Below are positions 1 through 10,978 of a stretch of DNA of 64,000 bases, piece by piece. Source of the DNA: Macrostomum lignano (lineage: Eukaryota); the NCBI GenBank assembly GCA_002269645.1, contig NIVC01000083.1, forward strand, positions 372,001 through 436,000, given 5' to 3'. Both the position numbers and the translations under genes were made by a program. The number at the start of each line of letters is the position of its first letter. Within the stretch, counting starts at the first letter, position 1. The notes below the pieces were generated by a model. The model made no database searches. It was not told the DNA's origin and saw only the letters and a program-made list of their open reading frames with translations.

Positions 1-3000
1 TTCACATATATGTTTGACATGGTGGCTCTTTTATGTTTGACATGGTGGCTTTTTTATGTTTTACATGGTGGCTCTTTAATGTTAGACATGGTGGCTCTTT
101 AATATTCGACATGGTGGCTCTTTAATGTTAGACATAGTGGCTCTTTAATGTTCGACATGGTGGCTCTTTAATGTTAGACATGGTGGCTCTTTAATATTCG
201 ACATGGTAGCTCTTTAATATTCGACATGGTGGCTCTTTAATGTTTGACATTGAGGCTCTTTAATGTTTGACCTGGATTCACATATATGTTTGACATGGTG
301 GCTCTTTTATGTTTGACATGGTGGCTCTTTTATGTTTGACATGGTGGCTCTTTAATGTTAGACATAGTGGCTCTTTAATGTTCGACATGGTGGCTCTTTA
401 ATGTTAGACATGGTGGCTCTTTAATATTCGACATGGTGGCTCTTTAATGTTAGACATGGTGGCTCTATAATGTTAGACATGGTGGCTCTTTAATATTCGA
501 CATGGTGGCTCTTTAATGTTTGACATTGAGGCTCTTTAATGTTTGACATGGTGGCTCTTTTATGTTGGACATGGTGGTTCTTTTATGTTCGACATGGTGG
601 CTCTTTTATGTTTGACATGGTGGCTCTTTACTGTTTGACCTGGATTCACATATATGTTTGACATGGTGGCTCTTTTATGTTTGACATGGTGGCTTTTTTA
701 TGTTTTACATGGTGGCTCTTTAATGTTAGACATGGTGGCTCCTTAATATTCGACATGGTGGCTCTTTAATGTTAGACATAGTGGCTCTTTAATGTTCGAC
801 ATGGTGGCTCTTTAATGTTAGACATGGTGGCTCTTTAATATTCGACATGGTAGCTCTTTAATGTTAGACATAGTGGCTCTTTAATGTTCGACATGGTGGC
901 TCTATAATGTTAGACATGGTGGCTCTTTAATATTCGACATGGTGGCTCTTTAATGTTTGACATTGAGGCTCTTTAATGTTTGACATGGTGGCTCTTTTAT
1001 GTTGGACATGGTGGTTCTTTTATGTTCGACATGGTGGCTCTTTTATGTTTGACATGGTGGCTCTTTACTGTTTGACATGGAGTCACATATATGTTTGACA
1101 TGGTGGCTCTTTTATGTTAGACATGGTGGCTCTTTAATGTTAGACACGGTGGCTCTTTTATGTTCGACATGGTGGCTCTTTAATGTTCGACATGGTGGCT
1201 GTTTAATGTTAGACATGATGGCTCTTTAATGTTTGACATTGCGGCTCTTTAATGTTTGACATGGTGGCTCTTTTATGTTGGACATGGTGGTTCTTTTATG
1301 TTCTACATGGTGGCTCTTTTATGCTTGACATGGTGGCTCTTTAACGTTTGACATGATGGCTCTTTTATGTTCGACATGGTGGCTCTTTTATGCTTGACAT
1401 GGTGGCTCTTTACTGTTTGACATGGAGTCACATATATGTTTGACATGGTGGCTCTTTTATGTTTGACAAGGTGGCTCTTTAATGTTTTACGAGGTGGCTC
1501 TTTAATGTTCTTCATGGTAGCTCTTTTATGTTAGACATGATGGCTTTTTAAATTTCGACATGGTAGCACTTTAATGTTAGACATGGTGGCTCTTAAATGT
1601 TTGACGTGGTGGCTCTTTTATGTTCGACATGGTGGCTCTTTAATGTTCGACATGGTGGCTTTTTAATGTTAGACATGGTGGCTCTTTAATGTTAGACATG
1701 GTGGCTCTTTAATATTCGACATGGTGGCTCTTTAATGTTAGACATGGTGGCTCTTTAATATTCGACATGGTGGCTCTATAATGTTAGACATGGTGGCTCT
1801 TTAATATTCGACATGGTGGCTCTTTAATGTTTGACATTGAGGCTCTTTAATGTTTGACATGGTGGCTCTTTTATGTTGGACATGGTGGTTCTTTTATGTT
1901 CGACATGGTGGCTCTTTTATGTTTGACATGGTGGCTCTTTACTGTTTGACCTGGATTCACATATATGTTTGACATGTTGGCTCTTTTATGTTTGACATGG
2001 TGGCTTTTTTATGTTTTACATGGTGGCTCTTTAATGTTAGACATGGTGGCTCTTTAATATTCGACATGGTGGCTCTTTAATGTTAGACATAGTGGCTCTT
2101 TAATGTTCGACATGGTGGCTCTTTAATGTTAGACATGGTGGCTCTTTAATATTCGACATGGTAGCTCTTTAATATTCGACATGGTGGCTCTTTAATGTTT
2201 GACATTGAGGCTCTTTAATGTTTGACCTGGATTCACATATATGTTTGACATGGTGGCTCTTTTATGTTTGACATGGTGGCTCTTTTATGTTTGACATGGT
2301 GGCTCTTTAATGTTAGACATAGTGGCTCTTTAATGTTCGACATGGTGGCTCTTTAATGTTAGACATGGTGGCTCTTTAATATTCGACATGGTGGCTCTTT
2401 AATGTTAGACATAGTGGCTCTTTAATGTTCGACATGGTGGCTCTATAATGTTAGACATGGTGGCTCTTTAATATTCGACATGGTGGCTCTTTAATGTTTG
2501 ACATTGAGGCTCTTTAATGTTTGACATGGTGGCTCTTTTATGTTGGACATGGTGGTTCTTTTATGTTCGACATGGTGGCTCTTTTATGTTTGACATGGTG
2601 GCTCTTTACTGTTTGACCTGGATTCACATATATGTTTGACATGGTGGCTCTTTTATGTTTGACATGGTGGCTTTTTTATGTTTTACATGGTGGCTCTTTA
2701 ATGTTAGACATGGTGGCTCTTTAATATTCGACATGGTGGCTCTTTAATGTTAGACATAGTGGCTCTTTAATGTTCGACATGGTGGCTCTTTAATGTTAGA
2801 CATGGTGGCTCTTTAATATTCGACATGGTAGCTCTATAATGTTAGACATGGTGGCTCTTTAATATTCGACATGGTGGCTCTTTAATGTTTGACATTGAGG
2901 CTCTTTAATGTTTGACATGGTGGCTCTTTTATGTTGGACATGGTGGTTCTTTTATGTTCGACATGGTGGCTCTTTTATGTTTGACATGGTGGCTCTTTAC

Positions 3001-3240
3001 TGTTTGACCTGGATTCACATATATGTTTGACATGGTGGCTCTTTTATGTTTGACATGGTGGCTTTTTTATGTTTTACATGGTGGCTCTTTAATGTTAGAC
3101 ATGGTGGCTCTTTAATGTTCGACATGGTGGCTCTTTAATGTTCGACATGGTGGCTCTTTAATGGTCGACATGATGGCTCTTTAATGTTCGACATGGTGGC
3201 TCTTTAATGTTTGACATGGTGGCTCTTTAATGTTTGACAT
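1..3240. repeat. 23-bp tandem satellite (GACATGGTGGCTCTTTAATGTTA-type) with higher-order blocks; runs off the window start
   Basis: About 140 diverged 23-bp units. A variant unit (CCTGGATTCACATATATG) recurs at 271, 639, 1950, 2226, 2617 and 3008; spacings of 276, 368 and 391 are 12, 16 and 17 units. Confidence 0.95.
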
Positions 3241-3734
3241 TGTGCTTTTTTGTGTTTAGCATTTGTGTTTTTAAGGTTTTTGAATAAAAAAATCTTTTTG
3301 CACTACTAAGATTCGAACCCAGGTCGCTGCATTAGCAGTCCAGTCTGTTCGCATCTATGCTATCTCTTGTCAATTGGAATACGTGAATTGTGGCCCTTAT
3401 AATTAAATTCTTATAGCAAATCGGTTAGAGTAAAAAGTTATGACATAATCAATTTCTCAGTCAGCCAGTATCAGTGTCAATTTAAGTTAGCAATATTGTT
3501 ACGCAATTTAAATCAAGTTTTGTGTGCATTTGTTCGGCACTGTTTTCAACTGGTTGTGATGTAATCTTTATCACAATTGGAATTCAGTCAGTCAGTTTTT
3601 TCTCTAGCATTCTTACAATGCATTTCAGGTCGAAAGAGCTGCTTGACCTTTGCAAAAAAGCATGTTTTTCGAATATTTAATCCCTTTAATATTGAGCAAT
3701 TTCTTAGCCAAGATGCATGTACCGTCCCAGGAAA

Positions 3735-3852
3735 ATTTCTGATCGAATGGTGCAAGTTTGAAGAAAATCGGTTGAGCCATTTTTTCTGAAATCTATCGCA
3801 TACCTACCTACCTACCTACCCACAGACAACTCATTTTTAGTATATAGGAAGA
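3735..3852 (+). mobile_element. Possible Helitron/DINE-like non-autonomous element 3' portion
   Basis: GCAAGTTTGAAGAAAATCGGTTGAGCCATTT followed by (TACC)n and TTTTAGTATATAG resembles the layout of invertebrate non-autonomous Helitron ends. Recognised by pattern only. Confidence 0.35.
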
Positions 3853-4059
3853 ATATGCACATTTCAGCCAGTCACGCGCAGATATGACAAGACAGCGGGA
3901 GCCGAATATATGTACATTGTCAGCCTGTCCTTTTGAAATATAATTATATTTGGTTTGCGATGTGGGCCTGTCACCCAGTGTGAACCACAACTTTCAGGCA
4001 CTTTCAGTTCAACTCTATTAATTTGTAGATTTGCTTTAAAAAATAATTTAACATATTAA

Positions 4060-6148
4060 ATGGGCAACATTTGCCCCACTTTGAGTCCGGTGAGTTTTCT
4101 TAATTAATTTTAGCGCCTTGGTTTTACTAAAGAGACGAATATGAGACATTGTTTTGAGAATCTAACCTTCAGGGGGTGTGAGATGGGTATGAGATAACAC
4201 TGTGAGATAGGTATGAGATAACACTGTGAGATGGGTATGAGATACCACTGTGAGATGGGTATGAGATACCACTGTGAGATGGGTATGAGATACCACTGTG
4301 AGATGGGTATGAGATAACACTGTGAGATGGGTATGAGATACCACTGTGAGATAGGTATGATATACCACTGTGAGATGGGTATGAGATACCACTGTGAGAT
4401 AGGTATGAGATAACACTGTGACACTGTACATGTAGGTATGAAACTAGTGTCGTGGGGTATGAAATCGAGCCTACACTAAGATAGAAATGAGATAATGAAC
4501 TATATTTATATCATAATTTAATGAACTGTCGAAAATTATTGTTTTACATTCCAGCCCAGCTCTGGTCCCACAGAGCGCAGCGGTCTGATTGCCAACCAGC
4601 ACTCCGCTCCGATCAGACCCCAGCAACCGAGGGATCATCAGACTTATCAAGTCCCGGCTAGGCAGAGAGATCCCAGTGAGCACCACTACACCGCTAAATC
4701 CATTGATAACCGTAGGTCAAAGATTTCAGGTAAGAGAATGCAGCTCAAGTTTCTTGAAATCTTGCAAAACATTTTAATTTCAAACTGGACATAATTTTTC
4801 AGAAGACTCAGATTTGAATTTTTCAAGAATCGGATTGGAGAATTTGGACAAACGGTTAAATGTAAGTGCATGTGAGGTGTGGTGTGGATATGTTAATTGT
4901 CTTTTGTTAAGAAATATTAGCATGGGCTAAATTCTATGTCAATGTACACTGGCTCCTCGGGGCCTTTTCCTCTGGGCAATTAAACACACACCCAACACAC
5001 AATCCATGTACACTACGAGGTGTCCGGCTGTGGCGGTCCGGTTAATTTTGGTGGTGGGGTAAGTTAGATCTACATATGACCGAAAGGTCCGGCAAGGGAG
5101 ACTTGGCTAATTTTGAGTAATTGTGATATAGTTATATGCTGCATGTGAAGGAGAGGAAACCGACTTAGGGCGGTCCGGTTAATTTTGGTGATGGGGTAAG
5201 TTAGATACATGTGACCGAAAGGTCCGGCAAGGGAGACTTGGCTAAATTTTGGGTATTTGTGACATAGTTACATGTGAAGGAGAGGAAACTGATTTAGGGC
5301 GGTTCGGTTAATTTTGGTGGTGGGGTAAGTTAGATACATCTGAACGAAGGGTCCGACTGGTTTTTGCGGTGTTTGATTTCATGTTGGGCTTATGCTTTCG
5401 ATAGGGTGACTTAATAACGAAGTCCTGTATAGTTGGGATATGTTGTTAGATGACCTCGCGATAAGTTTAGATTTTTGACCAAATTAGGTCGACCTAGTTT
5501 AGCGGTTTCTCAACACGCGGTTCAGAATAAGCGTAAAACTGCAACCTAGACCGTTACTCCTGGGGTAAACATCACGTAAAAGGACGAAACGAGCTGTCTA
5601 CCATGTCTGACCATTCACATAAAAATAAATACGTGCACCGTCAAACAAGGAAAACGTTAAAATTAAAGTTCCCCGACGTATTAACGATCTACCTGATCGC
5701 TGAGTTTTACCTGAGTTCTACTTGTTCAACATTTGCTCATTAGGATTACTCATTTGGGGTAGTTTTACGTCGACTGTGTCTCTTGGGACATAGCCACTTC
5801 GACTTCCTCGTGCGGTTCGTGACCTTACTCCGGGAGAAACTGAGAGCGGTAGAGGTTATGCTGGTTTAGTCGAAGGATTTAGAGATGTTAGTCGAGCCGG
5901 CGATGCGGACCCTTGACGCAAGGTTCTGAGGCGGCGATTCCCCTTGCCAACGGTACTGTTGCGTCCTTCTCCTCTGTAAGTCCGCGCTAAACGATCAACG
6001 CAGCGAATTGAGACTCAGCTTGCGAAAGTCACGTTTAAAACAGGCTGACTCCTCTCATCTGCTCGTCGACCCGCCTAAACTCTCCGACCCCTGGCTCCGC
6101 CCACTCGCGGACCGACTCCGGCCCGCCGCCGACGACGAAAGCCTTACT
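4060..6148 (+). CDS. Uncharacterised ~275-aa protein, N-terminus MGNICPTLSP (possible myristoylation/palmitoylation), helical core; last two exons readable only after complementing the sequence
   Basis: Normal-orientation exons: 4060-4089 (MGNICPTLSP|gtgagt), 4555-4729 (ttccag|PSSGP...SKIS|gtaaga), 4803-4861 (ttttcag|EDSDLNFSRIGLENLDKRLN|gtaagt). Exons in the complemented reading: 5425-5611 (ttcag|DISTLYNNLLERYSNLKTGLIQLDQIAKELCAK...QMVQT|gtaagt) and 5772-6148 (tgcag|ADTENPVSVKLKEHAKHW...RRLLLSE*). Phases 0,1,0,1 all match and the total is 828 nt. The last acceptor is the least certain site. Confidence 0.7.
4184..4420. repeat. 24-bp intronic minisatellite (GTGAGATGGGTATGAGATACCACT)
   Basis: About 10 tandem copies in intron 1 of the unknown gene; explains ORFs 4110-4424 and 4162-4431. 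Confidence 0.9.
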
Positions 6149-6149
6149 G

Positions 6150-6430
6150 CTACGAACGCAACAATTATTGTTGCAACAACACAACGAAAACTACGATGAC
6201 AACGAAGACGACGAAAAGACGAAGACTAGAAAGACGACCGAGACAACGAAAACAACGAAGACGACGAAGACGACGAAGACAACGAAGACGAAGACGACGA
6301 AGAAAGTAAAAGAAGACAACGAAGACGACGAAGACAACGAAGACAACGAAGATAATGTACATGTAGAAAGGCGAGAAAGACAACGAAGACTACGAACGAA
6401 AACGACGAAGAGAAAGACAAAGGAGACAAC
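6150..6430. repeat. Degenerate 9-bp-type repeat (reads GAAGCAACA/GAAGCAGCA when reversed) just after the stop of the unknown gene
   Basis: Raw (ACAACGAAG/ACGACGAAG)n; produces ORFs 6165-6483. Confidence 0.75.
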
Positions 6431-6828
6431 GAAGACGATTCGAGACAATTAAAGTCTTCAAGACAACGTAGACAACTAACCACGAAGAAAATAAGATTTA
6501 GCCAACCTCGAACTCGTAGTCCCGATCTTCCCTCACGTGCGGGCCCCCACTAAACGATTAAAAGTGTGGCCGTTGACGAAATGTTAAAGGAAAAGTGAGC
6601 TACGCACGTAGTTACATCTGAAACCACATATAGTCGCATGTCACATGTTACATGTGAGCCCCATCGATTTTAACTAAGAACCAGCTACGTCAGTAATGTA
6701 CGTACACGTAAAACATGACAACTTAGTCAGTTTTAGCTTTTATTAACGCTTTAGTTTATCGTCTACACATGTGTACGTTCAATTTCGTCAAACAAACAAC
6801 AACAATTTGCTCCCACCCTTCGGCCCCC

Positions 6829-7443
6829 GGTATAACGCCTAGCACAATATACATGCGGCCTTTCATAGACCGATATATCATTTCACATGCGGTTATTTCA
6901 TGCGTTTAATTCCCAAGATCATTTAACATGCGGTTATTTTTTACGTACTAATTGTTCGTGTTTTTGATACTTTCTTCGTACGGCTCCGCGCGTAGTGTTT
7001 TTTAATGGCATTTTTTTCATTTTATCTTTTGCATGTACGTAGCAAATTTTTTGTTTTTATTAATCATTTTGTTTCAAAAATGCAAATGATGATAAATTGC
7101 ATGTAAAAATTTTTTCTTGAAATTATATAACGAACTTATAAGTTAAATAACAGTATTGAATCGTTTCTTTGAAGTAACTGATAAATCGCATTAAATGCAT
7201 TACCACAGCATGTAGTTACGAAAACATACGACGCGACTTTCGAACTTGTTCATATCAATTCTTAACATTCGTCTACTAACACGAACCTCCAACATAAAGG
7301 AGGCCAATGCTATCTAAATGCGGTCGGTTTCTTAAACATGCGGTCTACATTCGGTGAATTTCGCAAACATGCGGTCTACATGCGGTCGATTTCGTAAACA
7401 TGCGGCCTTAAAAGGCCGCATATGATGTGGAAGGCGTTATACC
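6829..7443. mobile_element. 615-bp MITE with perfect 12-bp TIRs and an 8-bp TSD (inside the complemented block)
   Basis: Raw TIRs GGTATAACGCCT (6829-6840) and AGGCGTTATACC (7432-7443), flanked on both sides by CGGCCCCC (6821-6828, 7444-7451). Restored reading: TIR CCATATTGCGGA, TSD GCCGGGGG. Subterminal CATGCGG repeats are present. Confidence 0.85.
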
Positions 7444-7631
7444 CGGCCCCCGTTGGGCGCCTAGTCGGGACTTAACCCGAGACGGCGACTCCCCGTGAAG
7501 GTCCCCGGATTCGGGCTCTATGGGTGTACCAACCCGGGGCTGCAGATCCGGTCCCCTTAAAACCCCGATGATTGGGTTTGGATACTATGTTCTGTGGCGG
7601 TTGGGTTTTCACCTTAGTCCCTGCCACGACT

Positions 7632-8141
7632 CTGGCTCAGGTGGGTCCGGTGGGTGGGTCGTCTGTTCAGGAGCCCTCACGCGCTTTTTGTCTTAACCTT
7701 TACTTTTACAACCCATATGATGACTTTCGGCAGGTTCTCGCCCCTTTGGGTCTTCAGAACCTTATACCGAACTGATAACCTCGCTCAGACCTTCCGAACA
7801 TAGGCTCCCGCTCAGAGGATAGTTCTCCATTTTCATCTGTTTTTGGGAGGATATCCCGACGTTCGGTGTTCCCGTAGCGGTTAGGTCGAGTTATAACCCC
7901 CGGTCCGGTTCCCCCCTCCCCGTGTTCCCCGTTCTCCTTTGGCCTGAGTCGGCCAAAAGGGGCTAAGCCCTGCTTGAAGGTTGGGTCCTGAGGTTAAGGA
8001 CAGTCTCTACTCTCGGTTCTGTGTTATCCGTCCCTCTGTTGGTCTCCTCGGTCGTCTACCTGGTTCCGTCCGTTCCACCTGGCCCGTCCATCCCGTCTCG
8101 AGTATTGAGGCTCTTAACCTTCCGAAGATTACCGGTCTATT
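7632..8141 (+). mobile_element. Probable retroelement remnant: 170-codon open frame (146 aa from ATG 7701) seen only in the complemented reading
   Basis: Complement gives MKMLGILLKAVQERGNPEVLEYGLTIGASLEGLYPRASLLSRG...QYWGPGQGGRGTRGKRKP...LLMAR*. The strand is A/G-rich with a G/R-rich stretch like gag-type ORFs; no family recognised. Confidence 0.35.
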
Positions 8142-8994
8142 TTCTTATTTTCGTATTTTCGTTCCCCTATTTTGGCGCGACCCTACGGTCGGGTCTTTTT
8201 TTTCTAACCGTCTTTCCTCCTCGTGGACTTGGGATTGGGCCCCGTGTCGGAGTCCCGACCGTAGTTGACCCGAGATGGCATGTGAAAACACTTACCAGCA
8301 GAAAGGACGTCCCGCCCACGCTGGCCCCCGAGTTCAGAGCAAGATCGGTGCGACGTCAGGTCTAGAGGTTGAGTGAGGTACATGTGGGGGGATTGGGTTC
8401 CGGCTACCGGTTTAATAACCTTACATGCTTTTTTCTTAACCCAATAAAAATCTTATCCGTGTCGGGGAGGCCCCGCCTGGGAATCTTTTAACCCGACCGG
8501 CTTCGGTCCGGTTAGCCTAACGCGTGTTGGGAATCTGTTCGGTGGTCTCTCCGTCGGTCCCATTTTTGTCAGTCTCTGGCAATCTGGCTACGTCAGTAAT
8601 GTACGTACACTTACATGTAAAACATGACAACTTAGTCAGCTTTAGCTTTTATTAACGCTTTAGCTTATCGTCTACACATGTGTAATAATCGATTTATAAT
8701 CGATTGAAAACTAAATGTAGTAAAAATATCTAAAAATATGGACTACTTTTGATAAAATAGTTATAAAGCAAGTACAGAAGTGTTTAAAAGCGTCAAAGCG
8801 TTAGACAACATTGAGATAAATTTGTAAGAGATATTAAGAGGATGATTTTTTTATTCAACGAAAAACATCAAGAGTATATACCGTCTTTCTTTGATGAGTG
8901 TTTTTAGGTACTTTATATAACATTTTAACGTGATTGTGATACACGTGTAACGTGATTGAATTGAAAACGTAGCAAGTTTTTAATGGTGTACTCA

Positions 8995-10118
8995 TGGTAT
9001 CGTGCGAGTGACTATGGTATCGTGTAAGTGACTACGGTATCGTGTGAGTGTGACTACGGTATCGTGTAAGTGACTACGGTATCGTGTAAGTGACTACGGT
9101 ATCGTGTAAGTGACTACGGTATCGTGTAAGTGACTACGGTATCGTGTAAGTGACTACGGTATCGTGTAAGTGACTACGGTATCGTGTAAGTGACTACGGT
9201 ATCGTGTGAGTGTGACTATGGTATCGTGTAAGTGACTACGGTATCGTGTGAGTGACTATGGTATCGTGTAAGTGACTACGGTATCGTGTGAGTGTGACTA
9301 CGGTATCGTGTAAGTGACTACGGTATCGTGTGAGTGTGACTATGGTATCGTGTAAGTGACTACGGTATCGTGTAAGTGACTACGGTATCGTGTAAGTGAC
9401 TACGGTATCGTGTAAGTGACTACGGTATCGTGTGAGTGTGACTACGGTATCGTGTAAGTGACTACGGTATCGTGTGAGTGTGACTATGGTATCGTGTAAG
9501 TGACTACGGTATCGTGTAAGTGACTACGGTATCGTGTAAGTGACTACGGTATCGTGTAAGTGACTACGGTATCGTGTGAGTGTGACTACGGTATCGTGTA
9601 AGTGACTACGGTATCGTGTAAGTGACTACGGTATCGTGTGAGTGTGACTACGGTATCGTGTAAGTGACTACGGTATCGTGTGAGTGTGACTACGGTATCG
9701 TGTAAGTGACTACGGTATCGTGTAAGTGACTACGGTATCGTGTGAGTGTGACTACGGTATCGTGTGAGTGTGACTACGGTATCGTGTAAGTGACTACGGT
9801 ATCGTGTAAGTGACTACGGTATCGTGTAAGTGACTACGGTATCGTGTAAGTGACTACGGTATCGTGTGAGTGTGACTACGGTATCGTGTAAGTGACTACG
9901 TTATCGTGTAAGTGACTATGGTATCGTGAGTGTGACTACGGTATCGTGTAAGTGACTACGGTATCGTGTAAGTGACTACGGTATCGTGTGAGTGTGACTA
10001 CGGTATCGTGTAAGTGACTACGGTATCGTGTAAGTGACTACGGTATCGTGTGAGTGTGACTACGGTATCGTGTAAGTGACTATGGTATCGTGTGAGTGTG
10101 ACTACGGTATCGTGTGAC
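8995..10118. repeat. 20/22-bp tandem array (raw GTGACTACGGTATCGTGTAA; restored CACTGATGCCATAGCACATT)
   Basis: About 54 near-identical units lying between the 3' ends of two convergent genes. The raw unit has 2 CpG; the restored unit has none. Confidence 0.95.
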
Positions 10119-10978
10119 TATTTTAGAATTCAGAAACGGAGACCACGATTTCGGGGACCACGTTGGAGTCGTTTTTAAACAGGTAGGGATTACGTTTAAA
10201 TGAGATAAGTTTATTTACGCGCAAACTTCGAAGGAAAACCATAATTTTTGTATAAACCATATTGTTTTCGTAGCCAAATATCAATTTAAATTTTAACAAA
10301 AATTGTATAAACTGATAAATTGATAGTGAACTTATATTCATTTTTTGTCAGTGTTGAAATCATGTCGACTTCAAACGTTTTCGTTTTGTAACGCTAATAA
10401 GCTTTTTTGTAATAAAGTAAAAAATAAAGCCTTTGTCAAGTCTTTAAAATATATATAAATTTCATGAACCAAGCTGATTTTATTGAGTAGTTATTCCAAA
10501 AAATGCATACTAATTAAGAACGTAGACACTCTCATAAAAAACATTAACACTTTAGGGTATCTTCGTAACGATTAGGTATTATACGTATACGTCAACATCA
10601 TCGTCGTCATTTCAATAACAAATATCAAAAATAATGTACACTTTCAAAGTAGTCTTTTTTTATTTCAAGGCAGTCAGTTAATTGCTACACTAGCATTTTC
10701 AAACCTCCATCCCGTTCCCCCGTCGCCAAAGATAAAGTGTGGTCGGTTAGTCTTACGAAGACCACCACATCTCCCGATCCCGAACAGATTTTCCGTTACA
10801 TGTGCGCCTCACTCCACCCCGACAAGCTAAAAAACGCATGCCCCACCCCCTTAGGAGTCGGTTATTCTTAAGAGCGCGCTTGTTAAAGATGGAGCGTCGA
10901 AGATTTTTCTAGTGTCCTCGGTGAATTTTGTTCTTTGTTATTCTTTTGTAGTCACGGATTTTAGATTAACAAAAAAGA

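Noticed and set aside
6165-6483. K/T/E-rich ORFs, and a Q/K-rich reading in reverse
   Set aside because: A simple repeat just past the stop of the unknown gene; no splice sites link it in frame to either gene.
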